From PVC group bacterium (lineage in GTDB: Bacteria > Auribacterota > Erginobacteria > Erginobacterales > PUNC01): a stretch of 64,000 nucleotides of DNA. The stretch covers positions 30,013 to 94,012 of the forward strand of contig PUNC01000133.1 of NCBI GenBank assembly GCA_003551625.1. The letters are read 5' to 3'. Positions 21,092-29,649 of this stretch are shown piece after piece. Made by a program: the position numbers and the translations under genes. The notes below the pieces were generated by a model. The model was given only the letters and a program-made list of their open reading frames with translations. It made no database searches and was not told where the DNA came from. The first letter of the stretch is position 1. Each line of letters opens with the position of its first letter.

Positions 21092-21967
21092 TTATTCTTC
21101 CAGCGGGACATAGATCTCGGTAAGGAGACGCTCCGGGGGCGTGCGGGCGGGATCGTTGAGGTAGACCTCGTAGCAGGGGGCGTTACCGACCATCCGGCCG
21201 CTGGTCGGCGCCCACTCGCCGTAGATCCTCGAGTAGGCGTCTTTCAGCCCGCTGTAGGGGCCCCGGTGCTCCGCGATCGCGAACTCGCCGCCGGGCAACG
21301 TCCGGACCCCGATCTCCCCTTCCGGCTCGACGTCTTCGCCGACGGTTACGCAGGCGTCGTAGCGGATTTTGGCCGGTGGGGTGACGTCGGGATCGTCGTA
21401 GGAGACGCCGACGGCCGCGGTCTCCGGTCCGAGCAGCCCCCGGCGACCGGCCCAGGCGCAGAGCCGTTCCCAGGCGGCACCGCATTCCTCGTAGGGGCCG
21501 ATGTGGCGGATAAACGCCACCTGCCGGGGCGGGACCTTTTCTATCCTTATCTTCATCCTGGTTCCTCCTTTGAGTTTGGGTTTTAGAATCGGCGACGGTC
21601 GGGGCGGCAAGGCGGGCGAGCTTCCGTCCGGTCGGCGACGCCAGGACGAAGGCGAACGGCCGAACATCTTCCGGAAGGCCCGGCTGAACGATTCGTGGGT
21701 CTCGAAACCGGCCTCCAGGGCGACGTCGAGGACGGAACGCCGGGAGTTTGCCAGGGCGTGGGTCGCCCTTTCCAGGCGCAGCCGGCGGATATGCTCGCCG
21801 ACCGGCTCTCCCACCAGGCCCTTGAAGATCCGGTGGAAGTGAAACGGCGAGAAACAGGCGATCCCGGCCAGCTCTTCCAGCGGCAGCGGCTCGTCCAGCC
21901 GCGACTGGATGTGGACGAGCACTTCCAGGATACGCTGGCGGTAGATTCTTTCGGTCTCGTTCTTCAT
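21092..21967 (-). CDS. AraC-family transcriptional regulator with C-terminal GyrI-like effector-binding domain
   Basis: N-terminal AraC HTH (LEELAGIACFSPFHFHRIFK...HESFSRAFRKMFG) followed by GyrI-like domain. Confidence 0.85.
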   Translation of the reverse strand: MKNETERIYRQRILEVLVHIQSRLDEPLPLEELAGIACFSPFHFHRIFKGLVGEPVGEHIRRLRLERATHALANSRRSVLDVALEAGFETHESFSRAFRKMFGRSPSSWRRRPDGSSPALPPRPSPILKPKLKGGTRMKIRIEKVPPRQVAFIRHIGPYEECGAAWERLCAWAGRRGLLGPETAAVGVSYDDPDVTPPAKIRYDACVTVGEDVEPEGEIGVRTLPGGEFAIAEHRGPYSGLKDAYSRIYGEWAPTSGRMVGNAPCYEVYLNDPARTPPERLLTEIYVPLEE

Positions 21968-22061
21968 CCGCTCCCGATCGTGGCGCCAGAATACGCCATC
22001 CCGGCGGGGAAGTCTTGACCGTTCTTGCGGAATTGGGGGGCCGGAAATACGAGGGGAAACG

Positions 22062-22508
22062 TCAGGCGGGATCGAGCAGCTTGAAACCGGTGGCCGGGTC
22101 GTGGCGGCGGACCGACCGGTCCCCGGTCAGCTCCACCATCACCACCTCCAGGACTTCCCAGACCCGGAGCCCTTCCCGGCCGCAGCCGGTGACGGTCTTC
22201 TCTCCCCTCCCGCAGGCCAGGTGCATATGAAGAAGAGGGTTGCCGTCCCCGTCGGGGAAGAGAGTCCCCACGCCGGCGGCCTCGTGGACGCCGCGAAGAA
22301 GATGGTGGAGGGGCGGAACCGGGCGGGCGGCCGGATCCTCGGGGCCGACGACCAGCCGGCTGCCCTCGTCGGCTCCGCCGACGGCGAACAGGCAGGCCGA
22401 CCGGACGCCGAGGCGGCGGGCGAAATCCTCGATCGTTTCGTGGAGAACCTCGCCGTTCTCCAGCCGCAGGACAAAAACCCTTCCCGGCGCCGCTTCGGAA
22501 TATTTCAT
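22062..22508 (-). CDS. PCC/DUF296 (plants-and-prokaryotes-conserved) domain protein
   Basis: 148 aa, pattern RVFVLRLENGEVLHETIEDFA...FAVGG typical of DUF296 proteins. Confidence 0.6.
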   Translation of the reverse strand: MKYSEAAPGRVFVLRLENGEVLHETIEDFARRLGVRSACLFAVGGADEGSRLVVGPEDPAARPVPPLHHLLRGVHEAAGVGTLFPDGDGNPLLHMHLACGRGEKTVTGCGREGLRVWEVLEVVMVELTGDRSVRRHDPATGFKLLDPA

Positions 22509-22518
22509 CTTCAGCGGC

Positions 22519-23304
22519 TCACTTGCGGCGGATGTAGATGACCTTCTGGCGATTGCCGGGCCCCTCCTGCCGGCTGTCGATCTCGAAGAGATTGATCGCC
22601 CGGATCAGGGAGCTGAGCTTGGCGTAACCGTAGTTGCGGGAATCGAACGAGGGATGCTGGTTGGAGATCTTCGAGCCCACGCGGGCCAGCGGGGCCCAGC
22701 CGTCCTCCTCGGCCACCGCCTCGACCGCATCGGCGATCATCCCCGACAGTTTCTTGTCCTTCCGCAAAGCCTCGGCCCCCTTGCGCCTCCCCGCGGCCGA
22801 TTGCCGGGCGGCGGCGGCCTCGCCTTCCGGGGATTTCCGGAGGATGTCGTTGTAGATGAACTTGTCGCAGGCGCTGACGAAGGCGGCCGGGGTCTTCTTC
22901 TCGCCGAAACCGTAAACCGTCAACCCCTGTTCGCGGATCCGGGAGGCCAGCCGGGTGAAGTCGCTGTCGCTGGTGACCAGGCAGAAACCGTCGAACCGGC
23001 CGGTGTAGAGCAGGTCCATCGCGTCGATGATCATCGCGCTGTCGGTGGCGTTCTTGCCGACGGTGTGGCGGAACTGCTGGATGGGATGAATGGCGAAGCT
23101 GGCCAGCACCTTCTTCCAGCTGCTTAAGTTGGTCGATGTCCAGTCGCCGTAGATCCGCTTGACCGTCGCGGTGCCGTATTTCGAGATCTCCGCCACCAGG
23201 GCGTCGATAATCGTGGGCGTGGTGTTGTCGGCGTCGATCAGGACCGCCAGCCTCTTCTCGGCAGCATTTCTCGCGTCCATAAACTCCCTCTCATCTGGGG
23301 TCAA
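22519..23304 (-). CDS. NYN-domain ribonuclease with C-terminal OST-HTH/LOTUS domain
   Basis: LAVLIDADN...DSAMIIDAMDL...FCLVTSDSDF (NYN/PIN-like acidic residues). C-terminal OST-HTH (GWAPLARVGSKISNQHPSFDSRNYGYAKLSSLI). Confidence 0.8.
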   Translation of the reverse strand: MTPDEREFMDARNAAEKRLAVLIDADNTTPTIIDALVAEISKYGTATVKRIYGDWTSTNLSSWKKVLASFAIHPIQQFRHTVGKNATDSAMIIDAMDLLYTGRFDGFCLVTSDSDFTRLASRIREQGLTVYGFGEKKTPAAFVSACDKFIYNDILRKSPEGEAAAARQSAAGRRKGAEALRKDKKLSGMIADAVEAVAEEDGWAPLARVGSKISNQHPSFDSRNYGYAKLSSLIRAINLFEIDSRQEGPGNRQKVIYIRRK

Positions 23305-23324
23305 ATCTTTACTCTTGACTTTAC
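23297..23324. repeat. REP-like 28-bp element copy A (GGGGTCAAATCTTTACTCTTGACTTTAC)
   Basis: Exact reverse complement of copy B at 24342-24369. Together they bracket the RAYT gene. Confidence 0.75.
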
Positions 23325-24317
23325 CTTATTCAGTTTCGCCAGCTTCTCCTCAAATTCCCTCCGCCGGGAGGAATCCTCCTCCAATTGCCGCCGAAACCGC
23401 TTTCTCGACACGCTGACCGCGCTGTAATCTATACCGCCCATCAACTCTCCGATCTCAGCCTGGGTTATCGGACAGAAGCGATAAAGCAACTCCATCAGCA
23501 TTGACCGCTCGACGGTCCTCCTTCCTCTCCGGCAGAGCTCGGTCCGGGACGTCCCGATCATCCGGCAATACCTTTCTATCAACTCCCCGGGCTCGTACTC
23601 CGAATGCAATATTCTGACCGCCGGCTGTTCCCGGGGAGAAACCCCGCGGTCAAAACCGCGGGACTTAATCCGGTTGATGAACTCCTCCTCGCCGACAACC
23701 CCATGGCCCCGGGCCAGGGCCAGAGGATTGGCCAAACCCTCGTCGAGACCGCGAGCGACAAACCGGCAGTAGGCCCTTCTTCCCCCGGCATTATCCCCGC
23801 CCAGGTAATTGAGCAGAACCCGGTAATCGATAAATCCTTTACGCCTGGCGACCGAGCAATACCCCGGAAGACTGCTCCATTGGTATCTCAAAAGGTCGCG
23901 CCAGGCGTCGAAAGCGGCTTCCGTCCCCGCCCCGGCAGCCCGTGCCGGATTCAGATGCACGTAGCGGGAAACCTCCAGCAGGTAACTGTCGGCGTCGATC
24001 AGGAACGCCTTATATCTGCCCTGGTAGAGATGTCCCACCCGTTTGTGCCGGTGATTGAAAGCGCCGGTGTAGGAGACGTTAAAGTGGCGCATGAACTCCG
24101 GAAGGTTCCCCCGGGGCGTCTTCACCAACAGGTGGAAGTGATTGGGCATACAGACATAGGCCAGCAGCGATACGCCGTAAATTTCGGTCGACAGGGCGAG
24201 TTTCTTCAGAAATATTTCCCGGTCCCGCGGGTCGCGAAAAATCTTCTTCTTCTCGTTACCCCGGCAGGTGATATGATAGCAGGCGCCGGGATAGAGAATT
24301 CTTAAGGGTCTGGCCAT
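23301..24317 (-). CDS. IS200-like Y1 tyrosine transposase, REP-associated (RAYT), with C-terminal DnaA-like HTH extension
   Basis: HuH motif PNHFHLLV and catalytic Tyr context HLYQGRYKAF. 338 aa. Flanked by inverted REP-like repeats. Stop overlaps the NYN gene start by 4 nt. Confidence 0.8.
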   Translation of the reverse strand: MARPLRILYPGACYHITCRGNEKKKIFRDPRDREIFLKKLALSTEIYGVSLLAYVCMPNHFHLLVKTPRGNLPEFMRHFNVSYTGAFNHRHKRVGHLYQGRYKAFLIDADSYLLEVSRYVHLNPARAAGAGTEAAFDAWRDLLRYQWSSLPGYCSVARRKGFIDYRVLLNYLGGDNAGGRRAYCRFVARGLDEGLANPLALARGHGVVGEEEFINRIKSRGFDRGVSPREQPAVRILHSEYEPGELIERYCRMIGTSRTELCRRGRRTVERSMLMELLYRFCPITQAEIGELMGGIDYSAVSVSRKRFRRQLEEDSSRRREFEEKLAKLNKVKSRVKI

Positions 24318-24341
24318 ATTTCAACCATAGCGGCCGCGGAC

Positions 24342-24369
24342 GTAAAGTCAAGAGTAAAGATTTGACCCC
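24342..24369. repeat. REP-like 28-bp element copy B (GTAAAGTCAAGAGTAAAGATTTGACCCC)
   Basis: Perfect inverted copy of A. Contains an internal GTCAA...TTGAC hairpin. Confidence 0.75.
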
Positions 24370-24993
24370 ATGGAAATACCGGGATTGTCAACCCACCGGC
24401 TGGAAGCCCTGACCGACGGAGTCTTCGCCATCGCGATGACCCTTCTGGTCCTGAATCTCCACATTCCGGACAGGATCCTGGAGCTCGGCGAAGGGCAGGC
24501 CCGGCAGATTCTAATCGATCAGATCCCGAAGTTTTTCCATTATGCCGTCAGTTTTATCCTGTTAGCCGTCTTCTGGATCACTCACCACAAGACCTTCCAC
24601 CTGATCGAAAAGACCGACCGGATCCACACCTGGATCAACATCCTGTTTCTGATGTTCGTGGCGCTGATCCCGTTCTCGACATCACTGATCGGGAACTATC
24701 CCGACGACCTGGCGGACGAGCTCTTTTTCAGCGCCAACATCTTCGCCATCGGCGCCCTGGCGCTGCTCAACTGGCTTTACGCCTCCCGCGGCCGGCGGCT
24801 GGTCGGCGAGCGGGTTACGCACGAGCTGGCCGACCTGCTGACCCTGAGAATCGCGGTTATCCCCCTGGTCGCGCTGGCGGCGGCGGGGGTAGCGGCTTTC
24901 AAACCGGGATGGGCCCCCTTCTCGCTGCTTTTGATCCCGCTCATCCTTCTCCTTCTTCCCACCCGGACACGACGTGACCGCCGAGATGATTGA
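24370..24993 (+). CDS. TMEM175-like potassium channel (DUF1211)
   Basis: N-terminal motif RLEALTDGVFAIAMTLLVLNL and 6-TM topology typical of the TMEM175/DUF1211 family. Confidence 0.75.
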   Translation: MEIPGLSTHRLEALTDGVFAIAMTLLVLNLHIPDRILELGEGQARQILIDQIPKFFHYAVSFILLAVFWITHHKTFHLIEKTDRIHTWINILFLMFVALIPFSTSLIGNYPDDLADELFFSANIFAIGALALLNWLYASRGRRLVGERVTHELADLLTLRIAVIPLVALAAAGVAAFKPGWAPFSLLLIPLILLLLPTRTRRDRRDD

Positions 24994-25152
24994 ATTCGCC
25001 GAAACCTATCTTGACCAGACCGGCGGCCGCACGCCCAGGAGCCGCAGCCCCGGCGGCGGCCCCCGGCCGGCGAAGCTTTTCAAGGGCACCCGGAAGGAGG
25101 CGAAGATCTCATTGAAACTTTCCGGTTCGGACACGGGCGGAAAAAGCGGCTG

Positions 25153-26052
25153 ATGCGAATCGGCTACCCCTGCATCAACCGTTCCCTCGGCTGCACCGCC
25201 GGCCGGACCTTCCGGCTCGCCTCCTATTCGCGACGGCGGATGGCCGAGACGGTCGCACTCAATCTTGACTGCCTGGAGAAAATCCTGGCCTTCAACGCCG
25301 TCAACGGCCTGCTCTTCTTCCGGATAAGCTCCGACCTGATTCCCTTCGCCTCGCACCCGGTCTGCCGTTTTCCCTGGGCCGAACGCTTCGGCGAAAGGCT
25401 GCGGGCGATCGGGCGGTTGATTAAGAAACAGGGCTTCCGGATCTCGATGCACCCCGACCAGTTCACCCTGATCAACTCACCCGACGGGGGAGTCTTCAAC
25501 CGCTCGGCGGCGGAGCTGGAATACCACTGCCGGGTGCTGGACCTGATGGGGCTGGACCGGACGGCGCGGGTCCAGATCCACGTGGGAGGCGTCTACGGAG
25601 ACCGGGAAACGAGCATGAAAAGATTCGTCGAGCGCTTCCGGAGCCTTGACCGCGCCGTCCGCCGGCGGCTGACGATCGAGAACGACGAGCGGCTCTATCC
25701 CGTCGCCGACTGTCTGGCGCTCTCGCGCGCGACCGGCGTCCCGGTCCTCTTCGACCTCTTCCACCACCGCCTCAACCACCGGCGCGAGAGCGCGGCCGAC
25801 GCCCTGGACGCCTGCGCCGCCACCTGGCCCGCGGCCGCCGGGATCCCGATGGTCGACTACTCGTCGCAGCAACCGGGGGGAAGACCGGGAAAACACGCCG
25901 AGAGCATCGACACCTCCCACTTCAAACGGTTCCTCCGGGCGACGCGGGGAATTGATTTCGACGTGATGCTCGAGATCAAGGACAAGGAGAAAAGCGCTCT
26001 CGCCGCCCTGGCGGCGGCGGGACGCGACCGGCGGCTGGCGATGGGGGTTTGA
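25153..26052 (+). CDS. uvdE: UV DNA damage endonuclease UvdE
   Basis: MRIGYPCINRSLGC... N-terminus and TIM-barrel UVDE pattern (HVGGVYGDRE, LTIENDE). Confidence 0.85.
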   Translation: MRIGYPCINRSLGCTAGRTFRLASYSRRRMAETVALNLDCLEKILAFNAVNGLLFFRISSDLIPFASHPVCRFPWAERFGERLRAIGRLIKKQGFRISMHPDQFTLINSPDGGVFNRSAAELEYHCRVLDLMGLDRTARVQIHVGGVYGDRETSMKRFVERFRSLDRAVRRRLTIENDERLYPVADCLALSRATGVPVLFDLFHHRLNHRRESAADALDACAATWPAAAGIPMVDYSSQQPGGRPGKHAESIDTSHFKRFLRATRGIDFDVMLEIKDKEKSALAALAAAGRDRRLAMGV

Positions 26053-26128
26053 TGTTGCCAAAACCCGAACCGATTCACCGACCGGATAAACGCCGCCAAT
26101 TAAATATGATAAGATAAAAAGGCTTTTC

Positions 26129-26216
26129 GGGAGAGGTGCCGGAGTGGTTGAACGGGGCGGTCTTGAAAACCGTTGTCCGCGTGAGCGGACCGTGGGTTCG
26201 AATCCCACCCTCTCCG
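26129..26216 (+). tRNA. tRNA-Ser (anticodon UGA), type II with long variable arm
   Basis: Hand-folded: acceptor GGAGAGG/CCTCTCC, anticodon loop CTTGAAA, variable arm GTCCGCGTGAGCGGAC, T-arm CGTGGGTTCGAATCCCACC. No encoded CCA. Confidence 0.9.
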
Positions 26217-26219
26217 TAT
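26201..26219 (+). repeat. direct repeat copy 1 (tRNA-Ser 3' end, AATCCCACCCTCTCCGTAT)
   Basis: Identical 19-mer recurs at 26337-26355. Confidence 0.8.
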
Positions 26220-26336
26220 CACAATGCGAAGCATTGGGAGACGGCGGCCGCGCAGCGGCGGCTCTCCCGGAGGGAGAGAGAGGTGGGATGTGAGACCGCC
26301 GTCAGGCGGCGAACCCGAAGGGATGACGGAGTCATC

Positions 26337-26355
26337 AATCCCACCCTCTCCGTAT
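26337..26355 (+). repeat. direct repeat copy 2 of tRNA-Ser 3' end (att-like scar)
   Basis: Exact 19-bp duplicate lying 117 bp downstream of the tRNA. Confidence 0.8.
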
Positions 26356-26379
26356 AAATTTTGCCAGGGCAAAATTTAT
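26354..26379. other. AT-rich near-perfect palindrome ATAAATTTTGCCAGGGCAAAATTTAT (11-12-bp arms)
   Basis: Abuts DR copy 2 and lies 40 nt beyond the serS stop. Candidate bidirectional terminator or recombination core. Confidence 0.4.
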
Positions 26380-26418
26380 GGAAAGAAATTCGGATAAAGA
26401 ACTATTAGTCCGCGCTGC

Positions 26419-27696
26419 TTACAAGGGGGCGGAGAGCGTGTCGCGGCCGTGGAGGTAGGGGCGCAGGGCCGCGGGAATCTCCACGGTTCCGTCGGAGCGC
26501 TGGTAATTCTCCAGCAGGGCGACGATGGTCCGGGGCAGCGCCAGCCCGGAAGCGTTGAGGGTGTGGGGATGTCTTACCTTGCCGGCGCCGTCGCGGAAAC
26601 GGATGTCGGAGCGGCGGGCCTGGAAGTCGGCGAAGTTTGAACAGGAGGAGACCTCCAGCCATTCGTTCTGCCCGGGCGCCCAGGCCTCGATGTCGTAACA
26701 CCTGGCGGAGGCGAAACTCAGGTCGGAAGCGGGCAGCTCGATCACCCGGTAAGGAATCTTGAGAATCGCCAGAACCTTCTCCGCGTCGGCCAGCAGGCTC
26801 TCCAGCTCCCGCCAGGATTCCTCGGGGCGGGTGAACTTAACCAGCTCTACCTTGTCGAACTGGTGGAGACGGATCAGCCCCCGGGTATCCTTCCCGTAGG
26901 AGCCGGCCTCCCGCCGGAAGCAGGCGGTGACGGCGACCAGGCGAAGGGGCAGCTCGGGGTCTTCCAGGATCTCCCCGCGGTAGAGATTGGTCAGCGGCAC
27001 CTCGCCGGTAGGGATGAGGAAGAGGTCCTCCCGGTCGAGGTGGTACATATCGTCCTCCAGCTTGGGGAGCTGACCGGTGCCGACCAGGCAATCGCGGGAG
27101 CAGAGGACCGGCGGCGAGATCTCAAGGTAGCCGTGCTCGGAGGTGTGCAGGTCGAGCATAAAGTTGACCAGGGCGCGGGAGAGCAGCGCGCCGTCCCCCT
27201 TCAGGAGGGGGAAATTGCTCCCGCTGATCCGGGCCGCCCGGGGCAGGTCGGCCAGCTGGAGCGTATCGACGATTTCAAGGTGATCGCGGGGGGAGAAATC
27301 GAAATCGCGGACGGCCCCCTCTTCCCTGACCAGCCGGAACGGCTCCCGCTCCGTTCCGTCCGGAACGTCCGGGTGGGGAATGTTCGGGACGCGCAGAAGC
27401 AGCCGTCCCAGTTCTTCCTCGACCTCCTTGAGATCCCCGTCCAGGGAGCGGATCCGGCCGGAAAGCTCCTTCATCTCCGCCATCCGCGCCGAGCCTTCCT
27501 CCCCTCGCTTCTTCGCTTCCCCGATCTCCCGGGAGGCGGCGTTGCGGACGCGCTTGAGTTCCTCGGCCCGGGAGAGGAACTCCCGGCGTCGGGCGTCCAG
27601 CTTCAGGATTCCGTCCAGATCCGCTTCCATCCTCCGGGCGTTCAGGGCGGCGCGAACCGTCTCCGGATTCTCTCTAATGTATTTAAGATCGAGCAT
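26419..27696 (-). CDS. serS: seryl-tRNA synthetase
   Basis: MLDLKYIRENPETVRAAL... N-terminal coiled-coil arm plus class II core motifs. Confidence 0.95.
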   Translation of the reverse strand: MLDLKYIRENPETVRAALNARRMEADLDGILKLDARRREFLSRAEELKRVRNAASREIGEAKKRGEEGSARMAEMKELSGRIRSLDGDLKEVEEELGRLLLRVPNIPHPDVPDGTEREPFRLVREEGAVRDFDFSPRDHLEIVDTLQLADLPRAARISGSNFPLLKGDGALLSRALVNFMLDLHTSEHGYLEISPPVLCSRDCLVGTGQLPKLEDDMYHLDREDLFLIPTGEVPLTNLYRGEILEDPELPLRLVAVTACFRREAGSYGKDTRGLIRLHQFDKVELVKFTRPEESWRELESLLADAEKVLAILKIPYRVIELPASDLSFASARCYDIEAWAPGQNEWLEVSSCSNFADFQARRSDIRFRDGAGKVRHPHTLNASGLALPRTIVALLENYQRSDGTVEIPAALRPYLHGRDTLSAPL

Positions 27697-27699
27697 ATT

Positions 27700-29166
27700 T
27701 CACCCCTTCATTACGCAGATCGGCTTGAGGCGGGCGACCTTGCGGGAGATGCCGGCGCCGTGGACCACCTCGACGACCCGGGAGACGTCCTTGTAGGCGT
27801 CGGGGGCCTCCTCGCCCAGGGTGCGAAGACTTTTCGCCATCACGCTGATGCCGCGCGCGCCCAGCCGGTCCACCAGGTCCCGCCCCCGGGTCAGCTTGAG
27901 GGCGGCGTGGCGGCTCATCAGTCGCCCGGCTCCGTGGCAGGTGCTCCCCCAGGTTTCCCGCATAGCCCCCTCGGTTCCGGCCAGGACGAAGGAGAACCTT
28001 CCCATATCCCCCGGAACGATCACGGGCTGGCCCACGGAGCGGTAGCGGCCGGGCAGCGCGGGGTGGCCGGCGGCGAAAGCCCGCGTGGCCCCCTTGCGAT
28101 GAACGCAGACCCTTCGACGGGAACCTTCGATCTCGTGCTCCTCGAACTTGGCAATGTTGTGGGCGACATCATAGACGAGATCAAGACCGAGCTGTTCGGC
28201 GCCCCGGCGGAAGACGGCCTCGAAAGCCTCCCGGACCCAGTGCATTATGATCTGGCGGTTGGCCCAGGCAAAGTTCGCCGAGCAGGCCATCGCCGCGAAA
28301 TACCGTTTCCCTTCCGGCGATTCGATCGGAGCGCAGGCCAGCTGGCGGTCCGGCAGCTCGATCCCGTAGCGATTTACCGCCTTCCCCATCACCTTGAGGT
28401 AGTCGTCGCAGACCTGGTGTCCCAGGCCCCGGGAGCCGCAGTGGATCATCACCGCGGCCATCCCCGGGGAAATCCCAAAGGCGGCGGCCGCGGACCCGTC
28501 GTAGATTTCGTCTACCTCCTGGACTTCCAGAAAGTGGTTCCCGGAGCCGAGCGTGCCGAGCTGGGGAGCGCCGCGCTGGAGCGCCCGATCGCTCACCGCC
28601 GCCGGGTCGGCCTCCTCGAGGCAGCCTTCCTCCTCGGTGACCGACAGATCCTCGGGCCGGCCGTATCCCTCGGCCACGGCCCATCTGCTTCCCCGGGTCA
28701 GGACCCGGGCGGCCTCCTTCCCCTTGACCCGTACCCGGCTCTTCGAACCGACCCCGCAGGGCACCCGGTTGAAGAGTTCGGCCAGAAGCTCATCGCGGAG
28801 ACGGCGACAATCGGAGGCGTCGATCCCGGTCCGCAGCAACCTGACCCCACAATTGATATCGTATCCAATTCCTCCGGGCGAGATCACGCCCCCCCGCGCG
28901 GGGTCGGTGGCGGCGACGCCGCCGATGGGGAAACCGTAGCCCCAGTGAATATCGGGCATAGCCAGGGAATACCTGACGATTCCGGGAAGGGCGGCCACGT
29001 TGGCCACCTGGACATAGGTCTTGTCCCGGGTCAGGTGCGGGAGCAGGGACGAATCGGCGTAGATCAGTCCCGGAACCCTCATCCCGGGCGCAAAGCTTTG
29101 CGGGATCCGCCAGCGCCAGTCGTCGATCCGTTCCAGAAAACCGAGGTTCCGCTGTTCGTCGCTCAT
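27700..29166 (-). CDS. rtcB: RNA-splicing ligase RtcB (3'-phosphate/5'-hydroxy RNA ligase)
   Basis: DINCGVRLL, HxGSRGLGHQV, STCHGAGR signature motifs. Confidence 0.9.
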   Translation of the reverse strand: MSDEQRNLGFLERIDDWRWRIPQSFAPGMRVPGLIYADSSLLPHLTRDKTYVQVANVAALPGIVRYSLAMPDIHWGYGFPIGGVAATDPARGGVISPGGIGYDINCGVRLLRTGIDASDCRRLRDELLAELFNRVPCGVGSKSRVRVKGKEAARVLTRGSRWAVAEGYGRPEDLSVTEEEGCLEEADPAAVSDRALQRGAPQLGTLGSGNHFLEVQEVDEIYDGSAAAAFGISPGMAAVMIHCGSRGLGHQVCDDYLKVMGKAVNRYGIELPDRQLACAPIESPEGKRYFAAMACSANFAWANRQIIMHWVREAFEAVFRRGAEQLGLDLVYDVAHNIAKFEEHEIEGSRRRVCVHRKGATRAFAAGHPALPGRYRSVGQPVIVPGDMGRFSFVLAGTEGAMRETWGSTCHGAGRLMSRHAALKLTRGRDLVDRLGARGISVMAKSLRTLGEEAPDAYKDVSRVVEVVHGAGISRKVARLKPICVMKG

Positions 29167-29217
29167 AGATATAAGAGGTTGAGTTCGCTTCGTCGCAATG
29201 ACAGAAAAGATCCGGAA

Positions 29218-29646
29218 TTACAAATCAAAGACCACCTTCGCCTCCCAACCGGCGGCGGTCCGGACGAGACGAAGGTCGTGGTAGGTGGCGGCCTTGATGG
29301 CGGGGCCGACGGCCCGGCGGGCGAAGTCCAGACCGGCCCCGGATATCTCCGCCTTCAGCCGGCGGCGGCCGAAAAGACGGAAACGGTAGCGGTCGTACTT
29401 GACACCCTCGACCTCCAGGTAGTAGAGGACCTCGTTGAGCCAGGCCACCAGGAGTTCCTCCCGGCCCGCCGCTTCCAGGTCCACCACCCGGGTCGCCCGG
29501 CGCCCCCGGGCGGGTCCGGGGACGACGTAATCGAGCGTGGAACGGGCGGCGGCGGCAAAAAGTTCCTTCAGGGTACCGGACCGGAATGTCAATTCCAGGT
29601 CGGCCGAATGCGGGCCGACACTGAAATCGCCGCCGGAGGTGGGCAT
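29218..29646 (-). CDS. archease (RtcB activator)
   Basis: N-terminal HSADLEL (HTAD-like) and C-terminal KAATYHDL motifs. About 140 aa, immediately downstream of rtcB. Confidence 0.8.
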   Translation of the reverse strand: MPTSGGDFSVGPHSADLELTFRSGTLKELFAAAARSTLDYVVPGPARGRRATRVVDLEAAGREELLVAWLNEVLYYLEVEGVKYDRYRFRLFGRRRLKAEISGAGLDFARRAVGPAIKAATYHDLRLVRTAAGWEAKVVFDL

Positions 29647-29649
29647 CCC

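Larger units (their letters stand above)
23297..24369 (-). mobile_element. RAYT-REP unit (tyrosine transposase bounded by inverted REPs)
   Basis: Transposase ORF plus perfect 28-bp inverted terminal copies. A further dispersed copy elsewhere in the window supports a REP family. Confidence 0.6.

Noticed and set aside
20891-21586. 231-aa plus-strand ORF
   Set aside because: Overlaps the AraC/GyrI regulator on the opposite strand. Gly/Arg-rich with no motifs.
26230-26355. Second tRNA gene or tRNA pseudogene downstream of tRNA-Ser
   Set aside because: Only the last 19 nt (3' acceptor/T-stem part) are duplicated. No D-arm or anticodon arm can be folded. Interpreted as a direct repeat scar instead.
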